A stretch of DNA of 64,000 nt from Candidatus Improbicoccus pseudotrichonymphae (lineage in GTDB: Bacteria > Bacillota > Clostridia > Oscillospirales > Acutalibacteraceae): contig AP027924.1 of NCBI GenBank assembly GCA_036322855.1, positions 61,361-125,360 on the forward strand, written 5' to 3'. A program made the translations under genes and the position numbers. The notes under the pieces are model-generated. The model had not been told where the DNA came from and did not search any database. It saw only the letters and a list, made by a program, of their open reading frames with translations. Of the stretch, positions 28,704-38,574 are shown one piece after another (within the stretch, counting starts at the first letter, position 1; each line of letters begins with the position of its first letter).

Positions 28704-29873
28704 TTAATCTATCATAGTTATGCCTTCTTCATTGTTTATTTTCTTGCTAATAAGGCTATATTTTTCTCTTGTTAAAAAAGAATTAATTCCAATATAACAA
28801 TGATGACCCAGAAAAATTCCATTTTGCAATATAACTAAATTACAAACTGTTCCCGCCGGGGACATATCTCTTATTATGTGTAAAAGATTAGCATAATCCT
28901 CACTTGTTTTTATGTTATTTTCGTTTAAAAATACATTAAATACAAAAGAATTATCTCCGAAAAGCGAATCTATAATTTTTTTTTCTCTTACGTAAAACTC
29001 ATTTTCAGTAACTTTAAACTGTTCAATAACTATTGGTTCTACACCAATGAATTTTTCAACCATAAGTTTTATTGATTTAATGGTTCCTTTTGTTTTAAAT
29101 ATTTCAATAGCATTGGAAACCATATCTCTTAATTTATCTTCTCGCCAAACATCTACATCTCTAATTCCCAACCATCGAGATATCCATTTTAAAAAATCAT
29201 AACTATTATTTAATGGTTCAAAATTCGCGGGTATAAAATCTATTTTGTCGTCCAAATCGTCGTACATACTTTGGAAAATAGCAATAAACCTGGAAAAAAA
29301 AGAATCTTCTCCACTTCTTTGATATATTTCCGGCAAATACTCAATGAAGTTGTTATGTGGAAATTCTATTTTCATACTTCTTATTTTTATAATGCTCGAA
29401 CTATCATAACTTATGGCTTCTATACAAACCCATAGATATCTTCCTTTAAGTTTAAACAATGGCATGTCAACAGGATTTTCAAAAGAAACATGACTTAATT
29501 TTGAAAATATACTTAATTTACTGCCTACATCTACGTTTTTGTTAAGCAAGAAATTATTCAGATTTGTAAAATTTATATCACCATCCAAATTTAACCAAAA
29601 ATCGTGTTCATCACTTGCTAAAATACTAACTTTAATTTTTGAATTTCTTGAAACTTCTGAGTCAAATCTGATCCTGTGCCAAACTGTTTCTTTTTCAAAA
29701 CTATCCAGGCTTATTGAAATAAAAGCAGAATTTTTATCTGAATTAAAATCAAAAACAAGACTGTCGTCTTCAAAATTTACCCCGCTGAGTACATTTTTGT
29801 AGCACCAATCTTCTCTATTATTAAACATAAAAAATTTTGTACCGCGAGGCATTTCAAATCCTCCATTTACCAA
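28704..29873 (-). CDS. phage P2 gpI-like tail protein I / Afp12-like baseplate wedge protein
   Basis: C-terminal half has YLPEIYQ..FFSRFIAIFQSMYDDLDDKIDFIPANFEP..FLKWISRWLGI..W.EDKLRDMVSNAIEIFKTKGT, the characteristic gpI pattern. Confidence 0.7.
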   Translation of the reverse strand: MVNGGFEMPRGTKFFMFNNREDWCYKNVLSGVNFEDDSLVFDFNSDKNSAFISISLDSFEKETVWHRIRFDSEVSRNSKIKVSILASDEHDFWLNLDGDINFTNLNNFLLNKNVDVGSKLSIFSKLSHVSFENPVDMPLFKLKGRYLWVCIEAISYDSSSIIKIRSMKIEFPHNNFIEYLPEIYQRSGEDSFFSRFIAIFQSMYDDLDDKIDFIPANFEPLNNSYDFLKWISRWLGIRDVDVWREDKLRDMVSNAIEIFKTKGTIKSIKLMVEKFIGVEPIVIEQFKVTENEFYVREKKIIDSLFGDNSFVFNVFLNENNIKTSEDYANLLHIIRDMSPAGTVCNLVILQNGIFLGHHCYIGINSFLTREKYSLISKKINNEEGITMID

Positions 29874-30133
29874 ATTATTTTTGCATTTTAATGCACTAAT
29901 TATTCAGTATTGGAAATTATTACAAAAAACAATGCGGATTATTGTTTTTGATTATTCTCACAGTTCCTTTATATTTTGACAATAGCCCGATTTATATATG
30001 ATTAACATGCAAGTTTTTTCTAAAAATACGAGAAAATATTCCGTATTTTTTTTCTAAATAATACAAATCACGAATACAAACGATTCGTATGTCGTAAATC
30101 CATATCTTACAATAAATAATCTTATATCAACAT

Positions 30134-30974
30134 TTATAACTCTTCCATCGTGTATCCATTATTTGTTAATACTTTTACCAATTCTTCAGATACTAAAAAA
30201 AGCCAGGATATGACAATATTAACTAAACGAAAACCAGGGCCAGCTTTGCACAATAGCTCATATGCATGAAATTTAGTAATGTTTTCTACAGCTTTTTCCC
30301 CTGTTATCATTCTATAAATAAACTTAGAGTATTCACTTTTCAGTTGTTTCATTACTTTTTTTTTTACACCATCAATTTTTACACTATTATTTTCATCAGG
30401 ATGATGAAAAGATACAAATATTGATTTTTGTTCTTCGCCGCCGCCCATTAATACTCTAATGGATTTTTTAAATTTAATTAGACCAAATTTACCTAAATTT
30501 TCAAAATATTTTCCGCCAAAACCATCATCTACTTTATTTACTAATCTGCCTATATTACAAGTTTTATAATACTTTTCACCTATTTTGATTTTTCCAATAG
30601 TAACTCTACAACTAATTGCATAACGTACAACACAAACTAAAGCACCAACACCGGGAATACTACAAATTGTACCAAAACCAGCTTTGGCTAAACCCGAAAG
30701 CTCATTAAATTTATCAATAAGACTTTTATTTTTGATTTTATTTTTATTTTCGCCTTCACCTTCGCCTTTGTCGTTTTCTTTAACATCATTTTCATTTTCT
30801 GGTATTTCAACACCATCTTCATCTTTGTATTTCATTATTCCAACAGTTTTCTTGTTATCTACAAGTTGACCACCAGACCCAACAGCCCCAACAAGTGGCT
30901 GACAACACATAATAATAGCTAAGATAGAAGAGATTATCTTATTATTTTTACTAATCTTCTTGCTATTTTTATTT

Positions 30975-31003
<29 letters not shown>
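30134..31003 (-). CDS. 5'-module family member D; C-terminal domain type 1 (related to A)
   Basis: MRKESNGIGENKNSKKISKNNKIISSILAIIMCCQPLVGA; TM helix; TCNIGRLV, YSKFIY, AGPGFR, SEEL as in member A. Confidence 0.7.
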
Positions 31004-31106
<103 letters not shown>

Positions 31107-31138
31107 AATTTTACCTCCAAAAGTGTCGACAAATATAG

Positions 31139-31167
31139 ATTATAGCGTTTTTGAATTTTGCTGTCAA
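31139..31167 (-). promoter_or_regulatory. sigma-70-type promoter of member D
   Basis: Reverse complement reads TTGACAGCAAAATTCAAAAACGCTATAAT. Confidence 0.55.
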
Positions 31168-31177
31168 ACAGAATTAT

Positions 31178-31414
31178 GCGAAGCATTTTAAATGCGACAC
31201 TATTTAGCGGCGACTTTGTCTCCGCAGGAGACAACTTAGAGCCGCATGTTTCTTTGGGTTTCACCCGTTTCTTCTATTAGATTCCTCCCTAAACTTCGTT
31301 TTTTATAAAGATTAAAAATCAAAAAAATCCTCACATACACAAAGTATGTTCCGGTGTTTTTTGATTTATTTTTAAAAATACTCGTTTGGAAGAAATCTAA
31401 AGAAATGGGTGAAA
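31178..31414 (+). other. conserved three-hairpin element, copy 3, with hairpin 3 split by a ~125-nt palindromic insert
   Basis: Hairpins 1 and 2 are as in copies 1 and 4. TTTCACCCGTTTCTT at 31259-31273 and AAAGAAATGGGTGAAA at 31399-31414. Confidence 0.6.
31274..31398. repeat. MITE-like imperfect palindrome inserted in (or extending) hairpin 3
   Basis: Ends AGATTCCTCCCTAAAC.. / ..GTTTGGAAGAAATCT and inner AAAAATCAAAAAA / TTTTTTGATTTTT are inverted repeats. Confidence 0.45.
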
Positions 31415-31499
31415 GAGAAATAAATTTTAATATATTTAATTTAAATACTTAGAGATAAAATTTTATAAATATTATTTTAAAATTATTTTTATTATCTTA

Positions 31500-31527
31500 T
31501 TGACAACAAAATTCGAAATGCTATAAT
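31500..31527 (+). promoter_or_regulatory. sigma-70-type promoter of member E (TTGACA-16-TGCTATAAT)
   Basis: TTGACAACAAAATTCGAAATGCTATAAT. Confidence 0.6.
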
Positions 31528-31558
31528 TCACTTTATCAGCACTTTTGGAGGTAAAATT

Positions 31559-31645
31559 GTGAAAAGTAAATTTATCAAATCTCTCATGAATTCTCTCAAT
31601 TCGAGAGAGAGAGAGAGAGAGGTCTCTCGGGAGATCTCTCTATGA
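31559..31645 (+). CDS. leader mini-ORF of member E (GTG start; stop overlaps main start as ATGA)
   Basis: VKSKFIKSLMNSLNSREREREVSREISL*; TGA at 31643-31645 overlaps ATG at 31642-31644. Confidence 0.5.
   Translation: MKSKFIKSLMNSLNSREREREVSREISL
31603..31620 (+). repeat. dinucleotide SSR (GA)9 inside leader E
   Basis: Counted directly. Confidence 0.95.
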
Positions 31646-33240
31646 AAAAAGAAAACAGTATAGTAAATAAAAATAATAAGAAGATTAATAAAAACAATAA
31701 AATAATATCTTCTATTTTAGCTATTGCTATGTGTTGTCAGTCTTTTGTCGGGGCCAATCCAAATTCGGATAATAGGGAATTTGTTTCGGATAAGGTCATT
31801 GATAATAATCCAGCTGCAGATGGGTCTGAAAAAGAAGAAGATAAAGAAGATAAAGAAGATAAAGAAGATAAAGAAGATAAAGAAGATAAAGAAGATAAAG
31901 AAGATAAAGAAGATAAAGAAGAAGTAAAAGACATCAAAAGCAAAAAAAATAATAATTCAGGTTTAATAAGAAATAGTTTAGATATTATTTTATTTCTTGC
32001 CACTGCGGGTAGTTTGTGTCTCTATGGAACTAAAAATAAGTCCGAAATGGAAAAATCAAATCAAAAGCCAGTATCAAATTATGTAAAAGAATTAGTCAAA
32101 AAACCTCTTACCGGAAATTACACGTGTGATTTCATCGCTCTTGTAGAATCATTTATTGAAAAACGAGAACAATTAACAGCGACGACTGAAAGATTAAATG
32201 CAGATAATAAGAAATTGAAAGAAAATTTAGATAGATCGAAAGAAGAAGAAAGAAATTTGAAGAAACAAGTAGATCAATTAGACCAAGAATCACAAAAATT
32301 AATGCAACAAGCAAATAAGTTACAAGAAAGTAAATCAAGGAAAGAAGTAATTCAATTATTAAAAGAAGAAGAAAATTTGAAGCCACAAGTAGATGAATTA
32401 AAACAAAAAAAACAAATGGAAGAAAATTTGACGGAACAAGTAAATCAATTAAAACAAGAAGAAGGAAATTTGACGGAACAAGTAAATCAATTAAAACAAG
32501 AAATGAGTCAACCAATACAAGAAAAAGAAAATTTGACGAAAGAAGTAAATCAATTAAAACAAGCAAAAAAAAATTTGGAGGAAAAAGTAAATCAATTAAA
32601 AAAAACAAAACAAAAAGAAGAAAATTTGACGGAAGAAGTAGTAAGTAAATTAAAACTAGAAAAAGAAAATTTGACGGAACAAGTAAATCAATTAAAACAA
32701 AAAATAAGTCAACCAATACAAGAAAAAGAAAATTTGACGAAAGAAGTAAATCAATTAACACAAGAAAAAGAAAATTTGACGAAAGAAGTAAATCAATTAA
32801 CACAAGAAAAAGAAAATTTGACGGAACAAGTAAATCAATTAAAACAAAAAAAAGAAGATTTAATTAATAGATCAACTGAAGATAAAGAAGCAGAGTTGAA
32901 AGATTACAATAGTTCGAAGAAATATTGTCTAGAATTGCCAAACGGCATTTGGGATAAATTTTTTAATTCGACACTAGCACTAAATTCAAATACTGCACCA
33001 CCAAATGAAAATAATACTCTTCTTGAATTGACGAAAACAATGGTGTATGGCATGCAAAAAGTGCTACCTTTGATTGAGAAAAGAGAAAATGAATTAAATT
33101 CTCTTATACAAAATGATGAAGTGGGTAAATTTATTGATAAAGAACACGAACGTTGTTTCATCGGTTTAAATACACAGTTCGAAAGAAGAATAAGTCTTTT
33201 GAGAAATTTTTATGACACAGACCCCACGAATTACAGTTAA
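31642..33240 (+). CDS. 5'-module family member E; long coiled-coil body
   Basis: MKKENSIVNKNNKKINKNNKIISSILAIAMCCQSFVGA, (EDK)9, TM helix (LDIILFLATAGSLCLYG), LTGNYTCDF motif, reiterated ENLTEQVNQLKQ units. Confidence 0.7.
   Translation: MKKENSIVNKNNKKINKNNKIISSILAIAMCCQSFVGANPNSDNREFVSDKVIDNNPAADGSEKEEDKEDKEDKEDKEDKEDKEDKEDKEDKEEVKDIKSKKNNNSGLIRNSLDIILFLATAGSLCLYGTKNKSEMEKSNQKPVSNYVKELVKKPLTGNYTCDFIALVESFIEKREQLTATTERLNADNKKLKENLDRSKEEERNLKKQVDQLDQESQKLMQQANKLQESKSRKEVIQLLKEEENLKPQVDELKQKKQMEENLTEQVNQLKQEEGNLTEQVNQLKQEMSQPIQEKENLTKEVNQLKQAKKNLEEKVNQLKKTKQKEENLTEEVVSKLKLEKENLTEQVNQLKQKISQPIQEKENLTKEVNQLTQEKENLTKEVNQLTQEKENLTEQVNQLKQKKEDLINRSTEDKEAELKDYNSSKKYCLELPNGIWDKFFNSTLALNSNTAPPNENNTLLELTKTMVYGMQKVLPLIEKRENELNSLIQNDEVGKFIDKEHERCFIGLNTQFERRISLLRNFYDTDPTNYS
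31837..31917 (+). repeat. in-frame 9-bp tandem repeat (GAAGATAAA)9 encoding (EDK)9
   Basis: Counted directly. Confidence 0.95.
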
Positions 33241-33440
33241 ACAGAAGAAGAACTTTTTTGAGCAATTTTTATGGCGCAAACCCCACGGATTGAAGGTTTC
33301 AAAAAATTCCAATTCTTAGAATTTGATTTTTTAGTAAAAAGTAAATATGATCATGTGACACTTCAAAAAGAGAAGAAATTTTCGTGAAATACAGGAATTT
33401 GGTTCAGTATTTTAAAAATTAAGGATGTGTAGGTTTATTT

Positions 33441-34287
33441 ATGAGTAAAAGTCGTTTTATGAAAAAATTTTTAGCAATCTTGGTCTTTGGTTTTTGTAAT
33501 CTCAATATTTGTGCGGTCGGCAGCAATGGGGGGAAAATCAGGGCAAATGATTGGTATTAACAGGCAGAAAACAGCAACAAATTTTTATTCCAGTCCTTTA
33601 GAAAAATCATCAGCCCAAGAGAGTCGAGAATATATAAAAATGAAGTCACGTATAGAAAAATTAACCAAAAGATCTCTTACCGGAAATTCCATATGTGATT
33701 TTGTTGTTCTTGGAGAATTATTTCTTGAAACAAAAGAACAATTAGAAGAAACGCAATTAGAAGAAACGCAAAATGAAAATCAAACGATGGAAAATAAAAT
33801 TGAAGAATTAAATGCAAATATTAGAGAATTGCAAATAGAATTAGAAAAAACGCAAAATACAAATCAAGCGATGGAAAATAAAATTGCAGAATTAAATGCA
33901 AATATTAGGGAATTGCAAATAAAATTAGATCGATTAACACAAGGAATTGAACCATCACAAAAAGAAGAAGAAGAATCGAAGAAGTCTCTTGAAAAAAAAG
34001 AGTATATAGATTACAATTCGTCGAGGAAGTTACTTGCAGAAAATGAGAATAGAAAAATTTTGGAGGATTTTCTTTCTCCGATGTCACCACGGAGGGTTAT
34101 TCTAGATTCATCGCCAAGTAATGTTAATCTTTTTTCTACATTGAGACAAATAGTAAGTGGAATGTTACTTGCGGAAATTAAGATTAATGCACTAAGTAAA
34201 GAAAATTTAAATTTATGTGCGAAAAATTCATGTTTACGTAATGAAATAAATGAATTAAAGCAAAAAGAAAGAAAGTTGGAAGATTAA
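33441..34287 (+). pseudogene. secreted coiled-coil protein (companion gene of member E), frameshifted at a G6 tract
   Basis: Signal peptide MSKSRFMKKFLAILVFGFCNLNICAVGSNGG is in one frame. The body (KSGQMIGINRQK..LTGNSICDF..coiled coil) is in the next frame, joined at GGGGGG 33528-33533. Confidence 0.65.
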
Positions 34288-34484
34288 ATTCATTGGAGGC
34301 GTTTCTTAAAGAAGATAATTTCTTAAAGAAGATAATAATAAAAAAATTTTGATGAATTTTTTTAGTATGACACTACAAAATAGGAATTTAAATCTACCGG
34401 CAGGTGATACTAGTTTTTTTGATGTATTGAAAAAAATGATAAGTGGCATGTCATATGCGGAAGGTTTGATTAATGAACTAATTA

Positions 34485-34575
34485 GAGCCTGTTCACACGA
34501 AACAAAGAATCGAAAATAAATGCAAATAAAGAAAAGAAATGTACATTAAATCGGGCTTATCATAGCGTGTAAAAA
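34485..34575 (-). mobile_element. solo terminal fragment of the second IS5-family element
   Basis: GAGCCTGTTCACACGAAA.. plus ~75 nt aligning with the 3' end of 46038..46784. Confidence 0.5.
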
Positions 34576-34672
34576 GATGCATTAAAAAATCACTTTCTTC
34601 TTTAAAGAAAGTGATTTAAGAATGGGTTTTATAAAAACATAAACTTATAAATAATTTTAAACAAGAAGAGAT

Positions 34673-34788
34673 GCGAAGCATTTTAATGCGACACTATTTA
34701 GCGGCGACTTTGTCTCCGCAGGAGAGACAACTTAGAGCCGCATGTTTCTTTGGGTTTCACCCTCTTTGCGCCAAAGAAATGGGTGAAA
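34673..34788 (+). other. conserved three-hairpin element, copy 4
   Basis: GCATT/AATGC; GCGGC..TTGTCTCC-gca-GGAGA(GA)CAA..GCCGC; TTTCACCC-TCTTTG-cgc-CAAAGA-aat-GGGTGAAA. Confidence 0.6.
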
Positions 34789-34878
34789 GAGAAATAAATT
34801 TTATAAAATATTAATTTAAAATACTTAGAGATAAAAATTTTATAAATATATCTTTTTAAAATTTTTCGTGTTATTTGT

Positions 34879-34906
34879 TTGACAGCAAAATTCAAAATGC
34901 TATAAT
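34879..34906 (+). promoter_or_regulatory. sigma-70-type promoter of member F (TTGACA-16-TGCTATAAT)
   Basis: TTGACAGCAAAATTCAAAATGCTATAAT. Confidence 0.6.
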
Positions 34907-34957
34907 TATCTTATCAGTATTTTTGCTGATTCATATTTTAAAATCAGGAGGAAGGTT

Positions 34958-36031
34958 ATGAAAAATAACTTCATCAAATCTCTCATGAATTCTTTCAATT
35001 TGAGAGAGAGAGAGAGAGAGGTCTCTCAGGGAGATCTCTCTATGAAAAAAGAAAAAATAAGTAATAATGAAAATAATAAAAAGATTAGTAAAAATAATAA
35101 GATAATATCTTCTATTTTAGCTGTTGCTATGTGTTGTCAGTCTTTTGTCGGGGCCAATCCAAATTCGGATAATAGGGAATTTGTTTCGGATGAGGGCATT
35201 GATAATAATCAAACTGCAGATGGGTCTGAAGAAGACGATGAAGTAAAAGACATCAAAAGCAAAAAAAATAATAGTTCGAGTTTAATAAGAAATAGTTTAG
35301 ATGTTCTTTTAGTTGCTGCTATGGGCAGTTGGTGGTTTTATGGAACTAAAAATAAAGATAAAGATTTAAAATCTAAAAATGAGGAAATCGGAAGATTAGA
35401 GAAAGAATTTGAAAAAAAAGATAAAGAACTTGAAGGAAAAAATAGAGAACTTGGTGAGGAAATCGAAAAATTAAAGAAAGAACTTGAAAAAATCGAAAGA
35501 TTAGAGGAAGAATCATCTGAAGACATTTTGGAAAAAGAATATTTTAAATTAGACTTTCTTGAATATAAGGGTAAAAGAATTTTTACTTTTGCTTTAGGAA
35601 AGAAGATGGTGATTCGCAAAGATGAAGAAGATAAAGGCGAGACACTTTTTTATAGTTTGAGCTCAAATTTTGGTGGTATTTCAACTGTTTTCGTATGCGC
35701 CAGAAGGTATTTTTATAGTGATACAAATTATGAAATTTTCGATGGCGAAATTAGAAAAGCAGAAAACAAAATCAAAGGAGAATTAGAAAATATGGAACCG
35801 TATTCTCGATTTGTTTATAATGTCGCAATAGGCCGAGAGGATATTTCTGAATTAACAACCGAAGAAAAATTAGCAGAAAAATTGTGTGGATTATTGAGTG
35901 AATGCGAATCCAAATTTCGTTTGACAGGTTTTTATTTAACTTTAAGAAATTCAGGAAAAAAAATCGGAGATATCCTTGTGCCGCAAGAATTGGCGGAATC
36001 AGTTATTTCTGCCAATTCAGAACAGATATAA
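34958..36031 (+). CDS. 5'-module family member F (leader fused in frame); C-terminal domain type 4 (shared with G)
   Basis: MKNNFIKSLMNSFNLREREREVSQGDLSMKKEKISNNENNKKISKNNKIISSILAVAMCCQSFVGA..; TM helix; E/K coiled coil. C-terminus has FTFALGKK..PYSRFVY..FRLTGFYL as in G. Confidence 0.7.
   Translation: MKNNFIKSLMNSFNLREREREVSQGDLSMKKEKISNNENNKKISKNNKIISSILAVAMCCQSFVGANPNSDNREFVSDEGIDNNQTADGSEEDDEVKDIKSKKNNSSSLIRNSLDVLLVAAMGSWWFYGTKNKDKDLKSKNEEIGRLEKEFEKKDKELEGKNRELGEEIEKLKKELEKIERLEEESSEDILEKEYFKLDFLEYKGKRIFTFALGKKMVIRKDEEDKGETLFYSLSSNFGGISTVFVCARRYFYSDTNYEIFDGEIRKAENKIKGELENMEPYSRFVYNVAIGREDISELTTEEKLAEKLCGLLSECESKFRLTGFYLTLRNSGKKIGDILVPQELAESVISANSEQI
35002..35019 (+). repeat. dinucleotide SSR (GA)9 inside leader F
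   Basis: Counted directly. Confidence 0.95.
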
Positions 36032-36349
36032 TATGTAAGCAACTTTTACGGTCCGCTTTAGAGTTGTATATCACGTATTCGAATGATTTGTCTTTTGAGG
36101 TGTTTCCTGTCCTCTTTCTTAAGTTTCTCTCATGCCCCTAAGGATGGCACAGAAACTCCAAACTCCAAACTCCAAACAAATCCCCATTTATTTTTCGCTC
36201 GTATGTCCTTTACGCAGTGCTTCTGGTATGTGTTTTCTTGATTTTATTTGAACATGCATTCATTTTGAAAAAGAATTTGAATACAAAGATCAGATGTGCG
36301 CTTATCGCCAAACTTTGTCAAATACGTATTAAAAATTCTAAATCTCATT

Positions 36350-36604
36350 TTACATACAATTCAGAACAAAAAACAAAGCCACTTTGTCATCGTAAAGCTT
36401 CTTTCCACCACTTATATCATCTAAATCTTTTTCGTCTAATTTATTTTCGTCCGGCAATTTCATTTCAACATCCGGGCTTGATAACTTCAAGAAATCTTTT
36501 AAAGTTTTATCTTTTTTGTTTTTCCTAACAAATTCGGCAAAAATCTTCTTTTTAAGAATTTCATTTACGAATTCCGAAATGCCATTGCCGTTATCTTTAT
36601 TCAT
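36350..36604 (-). CDS. double-glycine leader peptide precursor, copy 2 (17-aa core KKLYDDKVALFFVLNCM)
   Basis: Leader differs from copy 1 by about 2 residues. Identity ends right after ..FFVL. Confidence 0.5.
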   Translation of the reverse strand: MNKDNGNGISEFVNEILKKKIFAEFVRKNKKDKTLKDFLKLSSPDVEMKLPDENKLDEKDLDDISGGKKLYDDKVALFFVLNCM

Positions 36605-36699
36605 TATTTATCAACCAAAAATTTAATCTATACCTTCAAATTAATATTTCAAAAAATCAAAACTGCCTGTCCCCTTATTCAGACCAAATACAAACTCAT

Positions 36700-37700
36700 T
36701 TAATCGAGAGTAATAACATGCCTTAAAGACACTGGTTTGCCCGCTTTCATCGTAAAACTTGCGTGGTCTCAAGATCCCTTCTCAATATGATAGATTTAAC
36801 AACTATGCTCTATGCGGCGGTTCACGTCAATAAGATGATGCATATAGCTTATTTGAATAACACTCCCAAATTTACAACCACACTCTTTGCATAAATAACG
36901 TTGTTCTCCGCTTATAAATCCAGCTTTTAAGTGCTTTTATTTGCAATATATTTTTTCAATACAATAATATTACCAGCTTCTTTCGAATAACATCATATCA
37001 AACTATAGCTAATTTAATAACACTCCCGATTTTTTGTGAAAACTAACATTGCCCATGATAATTATACTTTTGGGTTTAAGTAAATGACATAATTCCCATT
37101 CAAACCAAGTTTAAAAAACGTTGATGTCATAGACCAATCGTATAATCTTATCGCAGTTGATTTACCGTTTATCAACGCTTTAACGATATTTATACGTTTA
37201 AATTTTCGTCCTGGCGTTGGTAAATGACCCTTTACCAATTTTTGAACGCCCATATTTCCGTGCCGTAAATTTATCTATACCACACTCGTCGACATAGTCA
37301 ATATCTGTGTTCTGTGGCATTGGTTTAGACATTTTTTCATAAAATTCTTGACGTTTTACTTCATTCTTTTCAATGTAAAAGATCGTCTTTTTTAAGGTCG
37401 GCCCAACTTTTTCAGTGCATCAAACACGCCGGATGTAGAACCACCAAAATGTTTCGCAATTTCTGAAAACATCGCATCCGGATGTTCACCAATATAATTG
37501 CTAGTTCTTCATCGTGGAATTTTGTTGCAGCTTCCTCCCGCTGCCGCTTTTCTAAACTTCCTGTTATTAAAATTTTTTTCACGCTTTTATCGCGCTTATG
37601 CTTACACCCAATTCCTTATGCGCTTTTCATAGGCATGTCCTTTTGCGAGATATTTAAAGACTATTTCTCGGCGTGTCTTTAGAATATGCCATCCTCTTAT
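36700..37700 (-). mobile_element. IS debris: IS1 InsA-like zinc-finger fragment plus N-terminal half of an IS630-family transposase, with multiple stops
   Basis: Minus-strand frames read ..GEQRYLCKECGCKFG.. and ..DECGIDKFTARKYGRSKIGKG../..GHLPTPGRKFKRINIVKALINGKSTAI..IIMGNVSFHKK. Boundaries are approximate. Confidence 0.45.
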
Positions 37701-37888
37701 TACATGGAGTATCATAAATAATTTGAAATTAATAGTCTATTTTAAATCGAATTAGCTATAGTATACTTAATTTTTTTAAATTCATATTTATATTTTCTAA
37801 ATCATATAAATTGGTATAGCAATCACAAGCAAAAACAGAAAATTCAAACAAAAATGCTATAAAATTACTTTATTTAAGGAAAAATAAA

Positions 37889-38527
37889 ATGAACTTAAAA
37901 GAAAGTACAATTTTAAAAATTGGAAATCATATAAAAACCGATGTATTCCATAAGAGAATAAATATTATTTTTATAGTCATTTTATTTTTTGGAATTATAT
38001 TGGGTTCATTTTCTGTTGGTTTTTTTTCGACAGATGTTTTGGAAAAAATAAACGATATATTTATAAAAAATTTTATTGATAAAACATCTGGTTTTAACTT
38101 AAACGTTTTTTTATCTTCAATGTTTACATTACTTTTTTTTGCTTTTTTTCTTATTTTTTCTGCTCTGTCTTTCTTCGGTCCGTTCATTATATTTTTAATT
38201 TTATTTTTGCGTGGTTTCAGTATAGGAATTTTACTTGGTTGTATATATGTAACATATCTTTTTAAGGGTATTTTATTTTGTACTTTTGTGCTTTCACCAG
38301 GGCTTTTTATATCTTCGATGGCTTTGATAACCTTGTCTATTAAATCGTTGTTTTTTTCATTAAAATTTTCCAGAAAAATTTTTCCTAATGCCAACAACAC
38401 TGAAAATTTATGGCCATGTTTTCTGAATTACATAAAAAAACTAAATTTTACAATTTTCATTTTCGTTATATCTGCCATTGTTGATCTTTTATTAATAGGA
38501 ATTTCCCACAATCTATTCAAATTTTAA
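37889..38527 (+). CDS. SpoIIM-like (DUF95) integral membrane protein
   Basis: 212 aa with about 5 TM helices. LFLRGFSIGILLGCIY and VLSPGLFISSMALITLSI resemble B. subtilis SpoIIM blocks (from memory). Confidence 0.5.
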   Translation: MNLKESTILKIGNHIKTDVFHKRINIIFIVILFFGIILGSFSVGFFSTDVLEKINDIFIKNFIDKTSGFNLNVFLSSMFTLLFFAFFLIFSALSFFGPFIIFLILFLRGFSIGILLGCIYVTYLFKGILFCTFVLSPGLFISSMALITLSIKSLFFSLKFSRKIFPNANNTENLWPCFLNYIKKLNFTIFIFVISAIVDLLLIGISHNLFKF

Positions 38528-38574
38528 GTTGAAGCATTGTATAAGTTTCGGTTAAAAAGTAAAATTTAAATCAA

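Noticed and set aside
34698-34895. 65-aa minus-strand ORF; also 20938..21159 and 24348..24551 in their long forms
   Set aside because: They run through the conserved hairpin element and promoter region. Only the short leader ORFs that start at the SD-preceded ATG/GTG are plausible.
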